From: an uncultured bacterium
GTDB lineage: Bacteria > Patescibacteriota > Minisyncoccia > Phycocordibacterales > CAIRYW01
NCBI GenBank assembly: GCA_963766885.1
Contig: CAVYBO010000001.1
Coordinates: forward strand, 132,352 to 196,351
DNA: 64,000 bases
Reading direction: 5' to 3'
The position numbers and the translations under genes are program-made. This document shows positions 20,999 through 30,172 of this stretch, in pieces. The notes beneath the pieces are model-generated. The model was given only the letters and a program-made list of their open reading frames with translations, did not search any database and was not told the DNA's origin. Positions within the stretch are counted from its first letter, which is position 1. Each line of letters begins with the position of its first letter.

Positions 20999-21160
20999 TT
21001 TTTTTATTTTTATCTATTGCGATTTAATTGATAAAGAGAGATAATTTAAGTAGAAAAAGTTTTCCGAGGTCGCAGAAAACTTTTAACTTATAAGAAATAA
21101 CCGGCTCATTCTTTTCCTCCAACTATTCATTTTCATAAGAAAAGATTAAGCCAAACTCAA

Positions 21161-21232
21161 ATGGCTGCAAAGAAAAAAAAGGCTAAGGCTTCAAAAAAGT
21201 CTAAGGCTAAGAAGACAAAAAAGAGAAAATAA
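21161..21232 (+). CDS. 23-aa Lys/Ala-rich basic micropeptide MAAKKKKAKASKKSKAKKTKKRK
   Basis: Manual translation; promoter TTGCGA-17-GATAAT (21017-45) upstream and terminator-like hairpin downstream. Confidence 0.75.
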   Translation: MAAKKKKAKASKKSKAKKTKKRK

Positions 21233-21248
21233 TTTCTCTTTACCACTT

Positions 21249-21292
21249 AAACAAGGTCCCCGCTGTAGAAATACTTGGGGATTTTGTTTTTT
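21249..21292 (+). terminator. Intrinsic terminator-like hairpin after the micropeptide
   Basis: AAACAAGGTCCCC...GGGGATTTTGTTT plus T tract. Confidence 0.6.
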
Positions 21293-21312
21293 ATACAGGC
21301 GAGGAACATATT

Positions 21313-21327
21313 TGCAAATGATTTGCA
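21313..21327. promoter_or_regulatory. Fur/Zur-type operator (7-1-7 palindrome) overlapping the -35 box
   Basis: TGCAAAT-G-ATTTGCA perfect inverted repeat; TTGCAA-17-TAGGAT promoter ends 6 nt before the regulator ATG. Confidence 0.75.
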
Positions 21328-21346
21328 TTTGGTGTAGGATATTTTA

Positions 21347-21772
21347 ATGAAAAAAGAAACAAATTTTACTGAGCTTTTGAGGAATGCTGGTTACAAAGCA
21401 ACTCCCTCCAGAATTCAAATTTTGGATGTGTTAGCCAAAGAACAACATCCTGTAAATATCGCTTTTTTATATAAGAAACTGAAAGGAAAAATGGATCAGA
21501 CCACAATTTACAGGACTTTAAACAGCTTGGTTGAATCAAAATTTGTTAACAAAACTCAGATTGATAATTTGGCGGCATACTTTGAACTTGCTCTGGGAAG
21601 AGCGCATCATCATCACATTGTCTGTACCAGTTGCCAAAAAATTGAAGACTTTATGGTTTCCGATGAAGAGCGTTTGGAAAAGCAGGCCCTTCAGAAATCA
21701 AAGTCATTCTCAAAAATTACCAGCCACACTTTTGAACTTTATGGTCTCTGTAATTTTTGCGCAAAATTATAA
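21347..21772 (+). CDS. Fur family regulator (probably Zur)
   Basis: KATPSR, TTIYRTL, HHHHIVCTSC, CNFC; heads a metal ABC operon. Confidence 0.9.
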   Translation: MKKETNFTELLRNAGYKATPSRIQILDVLAKEQHPVNIAFLYKKLKGKMDQTTIYRTLNSLVESKFVNKTQIDNLAAYFELALGRAHHHHIVCTSCQKIEDFMVSDEERLEKQALQKSKSFSKITSHTFELYGLCNFCAKL

Positions 21773-21786
21773 ATTTAAAATAAAAC

Positions 21787-22710
21787 ATGAGTAAAAAAAG
21801 TATCGTAGTTCTTGTTGTCGTAATCATTTTGGTTGGTGTCGGAATTTTTTTTGGAATTTCAAATAATCCGAAAACTGCAAGCCAAAATTCCAGTGTTATT
21901 AAAGTTGTAGCTGCCGAGAACTTTTGGGGAAGTTTGATTAGTCAGCTTGGTGGAGATAAAGTTTCGGTGGTCAGCGTTGTTTCGGATCCAAACGCCGATC
22001 CGCATGAATACGAAAGCAACACACAAACCGCTCTAGATTTTGCGAATGCAAATTACATTATCTTAAACGGCGCGGGCTACGACAGCTGGGGAGATAAGTT
22101 AATCAGCGCAGATCCCAATCCAAATCAAAAAGTTTTGAAAGTTTCTGATTTGCTCGGCAAAAAGGAGGGTGACAATCCGCATTTTTGGTACAGTCCTGAA
22201 TATGTCAACACAGTGGTACTTCAAATGAAAAAAGACCTTGAAACAATTGATCCAAAAGACACTCCATATTTTGAAAGCCAGTACCAAACCCTGACAAATT
22301 CGCTATTGGGATATCAAAACCGCATTAAAGAAATAAAACAGCAGTTCGGTGGAACAAAGGTTGCTGCCACAGAAAGCATATTTGTCTACCTTGCAAACGC
22401 TTCCGGCCTAGACCTTGTTTCTCCTCCAGATTTTATTGAAGCTGTGGCTGAAGGCAACGATCCTCCAGCTCAAAGTGTTGTGGAATTTCAAAATCAACTC
22501 CAAAGTGGAGGTATGAAAGTATTGGTTTATAACGAGCAGACTGTCACTCCAATTACCGAAAATATGAAAAAGATTGCCGCGGACAAAGGAATTCCTGTCA
22601 TAGGAATCACCGAAACAATCCAGCCACCGGATGTTTCGTTTCAAGACTGGATGAACAGTGAATTGATTAATCTGACAAATGCGCTCAATGCCAATGCGCT
22701 GGGACAATAA
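21787..22710 (+). CDS. Zn/Mn ABC transporter substrate-binding protein (ZnuA family)
   Basis: ADPHEYE, NGAGYD, NPHFWY; N-terminal membrane anchor. Confidence 0.92.
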   Translation: MSKKSIVVLVVVIILVGVGIFFGISNNPKTASQNSSVIKVVAAENFWGSLISQLGGDKVSVVSVVSDPNADPHEYESNTQTALDFANANYIILNGAGYDSWGDKLISADPNPNQKVLKVSDLLGKKEGDNPHFWYSPEYVNTVVLQMKKDLETIDPKDTPYFESQYQTLTNSLLGYQNRIKEIKQQFGGTKVAATESIFVYLANASGLDLVSPPDFIEAVAEGNDPPAQSVVEFQNQLQSGGMKVLVYNEQTVTPITENMKKIAADKGIPVIGITETIQPPDVSFQDWMNSELINLTNALNANALGQ

Positions 22711-22728
22711 ATAAGAGATAATTAGTTA

Positions 22729-23563
22729 ATGGAATCCAAGAACAATTTACAGCAAAGTTCAGAAATAATTCTCGCAAGAAATCTTTCTTCTGGTTATAAA
22801 AATCACATAGTTTGGCAGAACGCGAGTTTTGAAGTTTCGCGCGGAGAATTTGTAGGAATTTTGGGGCCGAACGGCGCGGGCAAAACTACGCTTTTCAAAA
22901 TGCTTTTGGGTTTGCAGGATCCGATTGCTGGGGAACTAAAAATTTTTGGAAAAGAGCCGATGCGCGGCAATCCGCGCATCGGCTACATTCCCCAGCGCAG
23001 GCCTGTGGACAGCGAGATGAAAATTGAGGCCATTGAAATCGTGCGTCTTGGCCTTATGCAAAATTATTGGAGTTGCTTTTCTACTGAAAGTTCTTCAAAA
23101 CAAATTGAAAAATCGATGCAGGCGCTCAAGGACTGTGGATGCGGAAAATTTGGCGCATCGCTCGCTTGGCACGCTCTCCGGCGGCGAACTGCAAAGAGTG
23201 TTTTTGGCGCAGGCTCTTGTCGGAGATCCGGAGATTCTTTTGCTTGACGAGCCACTGACAAATCTGGATATCAAAAGAGAATCAGAATTAGTTTCTTTGG
23301 TGCATTCAATTGTCCATTCCAAATGCGTCACGGCGCTTTTGATTGCCCACAACATCAATCCGCTTTTACCGTTTTTGGACAAAGTGATTTACATAACAAA
23401 CGGCAGGGTGGCGGAAGGCAATCCAAAAGAGGTTTTGACTTCGGAATCTTTATCGGCTCTATATGACGCGCCGGTGGAAGTGCTCAAAGATTCTCACGGC
23501 CGGGTGGCCATAATTGGTGGGGAAGAAGGCGGACATTATCACGATCACAACCACAAAATATGA
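22729..23563 (+). pseudogene. Metal ABC transporter ATPase (ZnuC-like) split by a one-base frameshift near 23130 (true lesion or sequence error)
   Basis: Walker A GPNGAGKTT in ORF 22729-23247; LSGGELQR, LLLDEP and the H-loop in the overlapping ORF 23024-23563. Confidence 0.85.
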
Positions 23564-24384
23564 ATCCAATTTTTAGCATAAATTTAATATCAGATTTTCA
23601 AACGATGTGGCAGTACGATTTTATGCAGCATGCTTTTGAAGCCGGCACGATTGTTGCAATCATTGCAGGAGTAATCGGGTATTTTGTGGTGCTTCGCAAA
23701 TCTTCTTTTGCTTCCCACGCGCTTTCGCACGTAGGCTTTACGGGCGCGGCTGGCGCGGTGCTGTTCGGACTTGATCCGCTCTTGGGGCTTTTTGTTTTTA
23801 CGATGAGCGGCGGAATTTTTATGGCAGTTCTCAGCAAAAAAGCCAAAAATCTGGACGTACAAATTGGTGCTGTGCTGGCGTTTATGCTCGGTCTTGGCGT
23901 GCTGTTTATTTCACTCTACAAAGGCTATGCCACAGAGGCTTATTCTATTTTGTTTGGAGAAATTTTGGGCATAAGCCAAAATGATGTGCTCATTACCCTT
24001 GTCGCCGGAATAATAGTGCTTATCGTTTTTGTTTTTTCTTACAAGCCGCTTTTATTTACGTCTTTGGACGAAGAAGTGGCAGAGGCCAAAGGCATTTCAA
24101 TTGCCACGACAAACCTTTTGTTTATGCTTCTGGTGGCTGCGGCAACATCAATTTCAGTGCAGGTTGTCGGCGTGCTTTTGATATTCGCTTTGATGATTAC
24201 ACCCGCTGCCGCTGCAGAGAGAATTTCCAAAAAGCCGATCAACGGGCTTTTGCTTTCTGTCCTGATTGCTCTGCTTTCCACATGGCTCGGGCTTTTTGTG
24301 GCGTTTTATCTGCCATATCCGGTGAGTTTTTTCATCACAACAATCACTTTTGTAATTTATCTGGTTACTCGCATTTTTGCATAA
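23560..24384 (+). CDS. Metal ABC transporter permease (ZnuB/ABC-3)
   Basis: SHALSH, LFGEILG, VGVLLIFALMITPAAAA. Confidence 0.92.
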   Translation: MNPIFSINLISDFQTMWQYDFMQHAFEAGTIVAIIAGVIGYFVVLRKSSFASHALSHVGFTGAAGAVLFGLDPLLGLFVFTMSGGIFMAVLSKKAKNLDVQIGAVLAFMLGLGVLFISLYKGYATEAYSILFGEILGISQNDVLITLVAGIIVLIVFVFSYKPLLFTSLDEEVAEAKGISIATTNLLFMLLVAAATSISVQVVGVLLIFALMITPAAAAERISKKPINGLLLSVLIALLSTWLGLFVAFYLPYPVSFFITTITFVIYLVTRIFA

Positions 24385-24476
24385 CTATTTTGTAATCTTT
24401 TGCATGCACCAGCGTCATAGGAAATGGCGTAATTTTTAATGTTACAATACTAGCCTAATAAATAATTAAAAAGTTT

Positions 24477-25115
24477 ATGAAAATCACAAAAATAGGCCAT
24501 TGCTGCTTGATATTGGAAGACAACGGCGTTAAATTTATGACGGACCCAGGAAATTTTACCATTGAAGAGCAGGAAAAAATCACCGGTCTGGATGCAATTA
24601 TAATTACACATGAGCATCAGGATCATTTTCACTCAGATTCAGTCAAAAAACTTTTGGCCAAAAATCCAAATGCTGTGGTGGTGACCAATACTGCTGTGGG
24701 CAAACTGCTTGCCGATATGGGAATCACGCACACACGAGTTGGCGACAAAGAATCAGCTGAAGTCAAAGGAGTCAAAATTGAAGGCTTCGGCAAAGAACAC
24801 GCGCCGATTTATCAAACAATGGGCGCGTGTGAAAACACTGGTTACTTTATTTTTGATAAATTTTATTTTCCTGGAGATAATTTTTATGCGCCAGAAAAAC
24901 CCGTGGACGTATTAGCGCTCCCTGTTGCTGCGCCTTGGATGAAAATGTCTGAGGCAATAGACTTTGCCAAAAAAGTAAAAGCCAAAAAGGCATTCGGTGT
25001 GCACGACGGAATGATACAGCCAATGTTCCGCGGGTTTGTTGGCATGGCGCTCAAGATGTTCGTCCCAGAAACGGAATATACTACTCTACAAGATGGCGGA
25101 AGCAAGGAGTTTTAG
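24477..25115 (+). CDS. MBL-fold metallo-hydrolase
   Basis: GHCC, TDPG, THEHQDH, PGD, VHD. Confidence 0.88.
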   Translation: MKITKIGHCCLILEDNGVKFMTDPGNFTIEEQEKITGLDAIIITHEHQDHFHSDSVKKLLAKNPNAVVVTNTAVGKLLADMGITHTRVGDKESAEVKGVKIEGFGKEHAPIYQTMGACENTGYFIFDKFYFPGDNFYAPEKPVDVLALPVAAPWMKMSEAIDFAKKVKAKKAFGVHDGMIQPMFRGFVGMALKMFVPETEYTTLQDGGSKEF

Positions 25116-25137
25116 TACAACTAATAAAATAAATATT

Positions 25138-25887
25138 ATGAACATGATCAAAGACAAAATTACAATTGTAACTGGCGCATCAAGCGGTATTGGAGAAGCC
25201 ACAGCCAGATCTTTGGCAAAGGAGGGTGCAAAGGTTGTTCTTGTTGCTAGGCGCAAAGACAGAATTGATACCTTGGCAAAAGAAATAGAAAAAACAGGAG
25301 GAACAGTGTGGGCGATTGCAACTGATATTAATGACAGAAAAAACTGTGAAGAGGTAGTGAAGCAGGTGAAAGAAAAATGGACGACAATAGATATTCTTGT
25401 TAACAATGCCGGAGTTATGCTTTTGGGTCCTGCTATTGGTGCGCCTATTGAAGAATGGGAAGAGATGGTTAAAGTGAATCTCCTTGCACTTATGTATATG
25501 ACGCACGAAGTGTTGCCTATTATGAAGGAGAAAAACAGCGGCCATATTATAAATGTTTCAAGCGTTGCCGGTAGAACCACCAGTCCAATAAGCGCTGTTT
25601 ATAATGCTACGAAGTGGGGTGTGAATGCTTTTACAGAAGCGCTTAGGCAAGAGTTCTCGGCAGGAAAATTGGCTATTCGCACGACAATCATTGAGCCAGG
25701 CGCAGTGATTACTGAACTTGCAAGTCATAACAGACCAGAGATTCAGGAGGGAATGAAAGAGCGGTTTGCAAAAATGAAAAGACTTGAAGTTGACGACATT
25801 GCTCGTTCTATTATTTATGCAGTAAGCCAACCAGCACATGTGAATGTTAACGAAATTCTCATCAGACCTACGGATCAGCCAAATTAG
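25138..25887 (+). CDS. SDR family oxidoreductase
   Basis: TGASSGIG, NNAG, YNATK. Confidence 0.93.
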   Translation: MNMIKDKITIVTGASSGIGEATARSLAKEGAKVVLVARRKDRIDTLAKEIEKTGGTVWAIATDINDRKNCEEVVKQVKEKWTTIDILVNNAGVMLLGPAIGAPIEEWEEMVKVNLLALMYMTHEVLPIMKEKNSGHIINVSSVAGRTTSPISAVYNATKWGVNAFTEALRQEFSAGKLAIRTTIIEPGAVITELASHNRPEIQEGMKERFAKMKRLEVDDIARSIIYAVSQPAHVNVNEILIRPTDQPN

Positions 25888-25970
25888 TTTTTAGGAATTG
25901 TTTTTTGAATATAAAAAATTCCCCAAAAGTTTTGGGGAGCGAAGGATGTTACAAGGCGATTGTACCCAGC

Positions 25971-26381
25971 TTACTTCTTGTTCAAAAGTATTATTGCGGC
26001 AGTGGCACAGCCAAACCCGACAACTTTGGCTAAGGATACACCTCTATCCATCGCGATCTGGTAACAAGCAGTCACGATTGCTTGAATCACGACCATAAGA
26101 ATGACGAGCAGTCCAACAGATGACTGACTACTCGACGCAAGGTAACTTGTCATACACATCATTCCTATTGCGCTAACAGCCGCAGAGCCGAGGAGCATCC
26201 GCCAATCTGCTCCAGCTAGGTTTTTTATCTGGCCTGTAGCAAATGGAAAGATGAACATGAAGACAGCGAATGTGAAAACCGCTGCCATGATGTTTCCGCC
26301 AAGCTTGCTCTTGTTGAGAAGCAGCGGGTAAATGCCGAACATGAGTCCAGCAAGGACCGCTTGGATTTGTGATTTGTCCAC
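25971..26381 (-). CDS. Small multi-pass membrane protein (DMT/EamA-like half domain)
   Basis: 136 aa, about 5 hydrophobic helices, GTG start; higher GC. Confidence 0.6.
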   Translation of the reverse strand: MDKSQIQAVLAGLMFGIYPLLLNKSKLGGNIMAAVFTFAVFMFIFPFATGQIKNLAGADWRMLLGSAAVSAIGMMCMTSYLASSSQSSVGLLVILMVVIQAIVTACYQIAMDRGVSLAKVVGFGCATAAIILLNKK

Positions 26382-26543
26382 GTTTTCCTTTCTTGTTTGG
26401 TTGAAATTGAACTAATTAAATACCGCGAGATTGTGACATTTATACACAATTGTGTCAATATTGGTCTCAATTGCTTTGGGCGAATACAGTAGAACTTGTT
26501 TTGGGTAAAAAAATTGCTCAAAGCTGCGGGGCTTTGAGCGAAA

Positions 26544-26774
26544 TTAGCGGATTACCGCATTGCTGTCAAAATGGAACGTCGGTTCTTCGTCATCTCCGCT
26601 GGTGCGCTCGGCGGGATGGGTTTTTCCATCGGTACTGACGACGAGGTGTTTCCCATCTTGATACCCTTGGTAAACCACTTTACAATTTCGCAGATATTCT
26701 CCTGTTTGAGAAACAGCGTCGTAGGCGTGACCGATTGCGGGCTGGGTTCTTGAGACTAATAAGTCTTGGTTCAT
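26544..26774 (-). CDS. Hypothetical protein (~76 aa)
   Basis: ORF followed by a GCTCAAAGC/GCTTTGAGC hairpin (about 26516-26539). Confidence 0.5.
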   Translation of the reverse strand: MNQDLLVSRTQPAIGHAYDAVSQTGEYLRNCKVVYQGYQDGKHLVVSTDGKTHPAERTSGDDEEPTFHFDSNAVIR

Positions 26775-26837
26775 AACTGGTTGAAAGATTACAATAATAA
26801 TCTGGTTTGTCAAATTTCGTTTTGGGTAAGACTAAAG

Positions 26838-26870
26838 GTAGTCTAACGTCAAAGATAGAGTTATCATTAA
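26838..26870 (+). promoter_or_regulatory. Shared promoter/operator motif, copy 1
   Basis: GTAGTCTAACGTCAAAGATAGAGTTATCATTAA; 30/33 identical to 29471-29503. Confidence 0.75.
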
Positions 26871-26910
26871 GGTCGGCATTATTAGTTTAATAGTTTAATT
26901 ATTTAATTTT

Positions 26911-27126
26911 ATGAAAACAATGACATGCGCTCAAATGGGCGGAGAATGCGATGCAAAGATCAGCGGAAGCACTCCAGATGAAATGATTACCAATGGTATG
27001 AAGCATCTAGAAGAATCTCATCCAGAAATGGCTGAGGATGTGAAGAAATCAGATCCAAAAGACCCTATGATGGTGGAATGGAAAAACAAGTTTGACAAGG
27101 ATTTTGCCGCAGCTCAGGAAATGTAA
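26911..27126 (+). CDS. DUF1059-like small protein
   Basis: MKTMTC...GGEC...HLEESH pattern. Confidence 0.75.
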   Translation: MKTMTCAQMGGECDAKISGSTPDEMITNGMKHLEESHPEMAEDVKKSDPKDPMMVEWKNKFDKDFAAAQEM

Positions 27127-27129
27127 CAA

Positions 27130-27145
27130 AGCCGCGAAAGCGGCT
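27130..27145. terminator. Hairpin terminator between convergent genes
   Basis: AGCCGC-GAAA-GCGGCT. Confidence 0.65.
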
Positions 27146-27154
27146 CAATAAAAA

Positions 27155-27514
27155 TTACAGTTCCTCGGAGTCGGTTAAATGGTCAGGATTCAATTTTGTC
27201 AAAGGTTCAATATCTAGACAAACACTTTTGAATAAATTTTCATCAAAATCGCCAAATTTTTGTTTTATTTTATTTCTTAAATCTTCTGAATCTGTCTTCC
27301 CAAAATTCAGAAAATTTTCTAATACTTCTATTTTATATTTTGTGCGGACCATTACTTCCTCTCTGGTTTGATTTTTTGGTATTTCTTGATTGTCTCTGTA
27401 TCTTTGAAGTCTTTCTTTGTAATCTGCCAGCTTATCTTCCAGATACGAAAATGTTTTCATTTTTCGGGCTTGTTCTGTTGGGTCTACAATACCATCATCT
27501 TTGATTTCAAACAT
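27155..27514 (-). CDS. Hypothetical protein
   Basis: 119-aa ORF with a -10 box just upstream. Confidence 0.65.
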   Translation of the reverse strand: MFEIKDDGIVDPTEQARKMKTFSYLEDKLADYKERLQRYRDNQEIPKNQTREEVMVRTKYKIEVLENFLNFGKTDSEDLRNKIKQKFGDFDENLFKSVCLDIEPLTKLNPDHLTDSEEL

Positions 27515-27558
27515 AACAAAATATTATCACGTTTATAATTTTTATTTTAACCTGGGGA

Positions 27559-28488
27559 TTATACTTTTGCCAAAAGATTTTCAATTTCTGTTTTTAACTT
27601 TAAATCGTTTAGCCATTCAGATGGAAGAGAATCTATACCATTTGCTATGCCAATAATTGTTCCAAGCACTAATCCTCGCGCGGAGCTATCTCCGCCGGCA
27701 AGTGCATTGATGCGCAAAATGTCCGCGCTGTCTTTGGTGTTGATAATAAGCAAAAACATTACTGCAATGAAAGCATCAGGAAGCGCGCACGACTGGCCAA
27801 TTTCTTTTATAGCTTGCCGAGGATCCATAGAAAGTTCTGCGTAATGAGTTGCCTTTGCAAAGCTTTCTTTTATCATCTTTGAATCTGATTTTTCGGCAAC
27901 AGTCTTAATTGTTGTCTGGATATCAGTTTGATTTTCTGACAAAGAATAACAAACTTCGCTAAGATATTTTGTGGTTTCTTTTACAAGTTCGGAGTTGTGG
28001 GTGAGGCTGGCTTGAAGCATTACAGCATCAACTGCTTCTTTTTCTGATTTCTGCAAATATGAGTACAAAGGAGCAATAAAAAGTCCTCGTGCTACTCCTG
28101 CTAATTCTTCGCTTGAAGAAGCTGCTTGGGTTAGAGGTTTTCCCGCCGCGATGTTTTCTAAAGTATCTTTTGTCGCGTGGTCTTTATAGCTTTGTGTTCC
28201 TGACTGCCAAAATTCCAGCCAAGATTTCATAAAAGATTCTGCATCAAATACACCCCCGTTTTCCATACAGTTTTTCAAAACCAAAAATGCCTGGTCGCCA
28301 ATGTGCGTCTGGTCTCCTTTTGTCTTGCCTGGATGGTAGGAAGTTCCAGGCGCAGACAATACATCAAGAGTGGGAAATTTTTTATCAATCTCTGCGGTGT
28401 CATAGATCCAATGAGGACCTAGAGCTAGACTATCGGCAATAAAGGCTCCAAAAACCCCGTTTTCAAATGTGTTTTTTGATTTATTCAT
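27559..28488 (-). CDS. ADP-ribosylglycohydrolase family protein
   Basis: GAFIADSLALGPHW, GDQTHIGDQ, NALAGGDSSARG; start set at MNKSKN. Confidence 0.88.
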   Translation of the reverse strand: MNKSKNTFENGVFGAFIADSLALGPHWIYDTAEIDKKFPTLDVLSAPGTSYHPGKTKGDQTHIGDQAFLVLKNCMENGGVFDAESFMKSWLEFWQSGTQSYKDHATKDTLENIAAGKPLTQAASSSEELAGVARGLFIAPLYSYLQKSEKEAVDAVMLQASLTHNSELVKETTKYLSEVCYSLSENQTDIQTTIKTVAEKSDSKMIKESFAKATHYAELSMDPRQAIKEIGQSCALPDAFIAVMFLLIINTKDSADILRINALAGGDSSARGLVLGTIIGIANGIDSLPSEWLNDLKLKTEIENLLAKV

Positions 28489-28571
28489 ATTTATATTATA
28501 GCAAATAAGAAGTTGGAAATTTTTGTATAAAAATTGAGAAACTTTTCTTTGTGTGCTAAAAAGGTGTTTGC

Positions 28572-29189
28572 ATGAGTACTTTAGATATTTCTTCAGATGT
28601 CGATTTGGAAGCAATCGCCCAAAGAATCAAAGCCAGAGACCAGGAAGCAATGGGACAGCTGGTGATATCCCTTCAGACGATTGTCACCGCTATCATCATG
28701 AAAGTTGTTCATAATCAGCATGATTCGGAGGATGTTTTCTCCGAGGTAATGGTGCAAGTCTGGGACCTCATCGATAACTTCAACCCCAGCAAAGGCAAAT
28801 TTATGGGTTGGATCGTTACGCTGGCTCGTCGTCGGGCTATTGACAGGCTGCGGGCAAAGCAGACCTTCCACAGGTATCACGACGAATTAGCAAGGGAGCA
28901 GTCATTCCTTGAAGGGAGTCTTTCTGATTTCTCTGAAATGATTGATCTCGATGAAGATGTGCGCGAGAGAGTTCGTCAACTGATAAATAGCGAAGGGATT
29001 CCTGTGGCACAGAGGGAGGCGCTCTACCTTGCTTTCTTTGGCGGCCTTAGCCATAGGGAGATTGCTCTACGGACAGGCAAGCCGCTTGGCACAATCAAGA
29101 CTCGCTTGGAGCTTGGCATGGCCAAAGTCGAAAGCCTGATTCGGAACGATTCAATCTGCAAAGATTGGATCCTTGCAGACAGTATGTGA
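28572..29189 (+). CDS. ECF RNA polymerase sigma factor
   Basis: Region 2 (DSEDVFSEV, WIVTLARRRAID) and region 4 (LSHREIA, PLGTIKTRL). Confidence 0.92.
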   Translation: MSTLDISSDVDLEAIAQRIKARDQEAMGQLVISLQTIVTAIIMKVVHNQHDSEDVFSEVMVQVWDLIDNFNPSKGKFMGWIVTLARRRAIDRLRAKQTFHRYHDELAREQSFLEGSLSDFSEMIDLDEDVRERVRQLINSEGIPVAQREALYLAFFGGLSHREIALRTGKPLGTIKTRLELGMAKVESLIRNDSICKDWILADSM

Positions 29190-29213
29190 GACCGAAAGGT
29201 CTCAATTTTTTTT
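29187..29213 (+). terminator. Intrinsic terminator overlapping the sigma stop codon
   Basis: TGAGACC-GAAA-GGTCTCA then T tract. Confidence 0.8.
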
Positions 29214-29269
29214 ATTTAAAAATCTTGAAATGAAAATTTAATTATAAAAAATTCGCCCAGAGTGAGCGA

Positions 29270-29422
29270 TTAAAACGGCAAAATAGGATAACGAAACAAT
29301 AGGTAAAGAATGATGCAGCATGCCACCTCTGCACATAAAACGTGTCCTGGTCTTCCAGTGAAAAGTCGTAATTCAAGAAGGAGATGATCCTTCTGTTCCG
29401 CTAAAGTTTTAAAGAGCTTCAT
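29270..29422 (-). CDS. 50-aa microprotein with C-terminal hydrophobic helix (MKLFKTLAEQKDHLLL...CCIILYLLFRYPILPF)
   Basis: Manual translation; TTGACA...TGGAAAAT promoter just upstream, hairpin + T tract just downstream. Confidence 0.55.
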   Translation of the reverse strand: MKLFKTLAEQKDHLLLELRLFTGRPGHVLCAEVACCIILYLLFRYPILPF

Positions 29423-29470
29423 ATAAACAATTTTCCACGTATCTGTACAAATGTCAATGTTTTAAATTGA

Positions 29471-29503
29471 GTAGTTAAACGTCAAAGATAGAGTTATTAT
29501 TAA
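29471..29503 (+). promoter_or_regulatory. Shared promoter/operator motif, copy 2
   Basis: GTAGTTAAACGTCAAAGATAGAGTTATTATTAA, ending 3 nt before the ATG. Confidence 0.75.
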
Positions 29504-29506
29504 TAT

Positions 29507-30121
29507 ATGAGAAAAATAATTACCACAACATTTTTAACTTTAGACGGCGTGATGCAAGCGCCAGGCGGACAGGAAGAAGATAAAACAGGCGGCTTTGCAT
29601 ATGGCGGCTGGAGTATGAAGTATTGGGACGAAGTGGGAGGAAATATTATGACCGGCTTTATGAATCTGCCGTTTGAACTGCTTTTAGGGAGAAAAACATA
29701 TGATATTTTTGCAGCTTATTGGCCAACTTCAAATCAAGACTCCGTAGTGGCAAATCCGTTTAACTCTACCAAAAAATATGTTGTTTCAAATAATCCAGAT
29801 ACAAAGACTCCTTGGCAGAATTCAACACTCGTGACAGGCGACGTGGTGGCAGAAATCCAAAAACTCAAAGCCATGGACGGCCCGGATTTGTGGGTGCATG
29901 GCAGCGGCAACCTTATCCAAACTCTGCTTCAAAATAATCTGATAGACCGAATGCATATTTGGATATGCCCATGCACGGTTGGCGGAGGCAAGCGCTTGTT
30001 TGCAGAAGGCACACAACCAGAAGACTTTAAACTTGTTGACTCCAAAATCTCCAAGACTGGCGTGATTATTGCTACATACGAACCCGCCGGCCCGCTCAAA
30101 ACCGGCTCATTCGCGGGGTAA
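29507..30121 (+). CDS. Dihydrofolate reductase-like (RibD C-terminal domain) protein
   Basis: TLDGVMQAPG, LLGRKTY, VHGSG, GGGKRLF. Confidence 0.9.
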   Translation: MRKIITTTFLTLDGVMQAPGGQEEDKTGGFAYGGWSMKYWDEVGGNIMTGFMNLPFELLLGRKTYDIFAAYWPTSNQDSVVANPFNSTKKYVVSNNPDTKTPWQNSTLVTGDVVAEIQKLKAMDGPDLWVHGSGNLIQTLLQNNLIDRMHIWICPCTVGGGKRLFAEGTQPEDFKLVDSKISKTGVIIATYEPAGPLKTGSFAG

Positions 30122-30172
30122 TTGTTTGTGGTAAAATATTGGCTATAAATTAAAAGCTAAGAAGAAAAAGTG

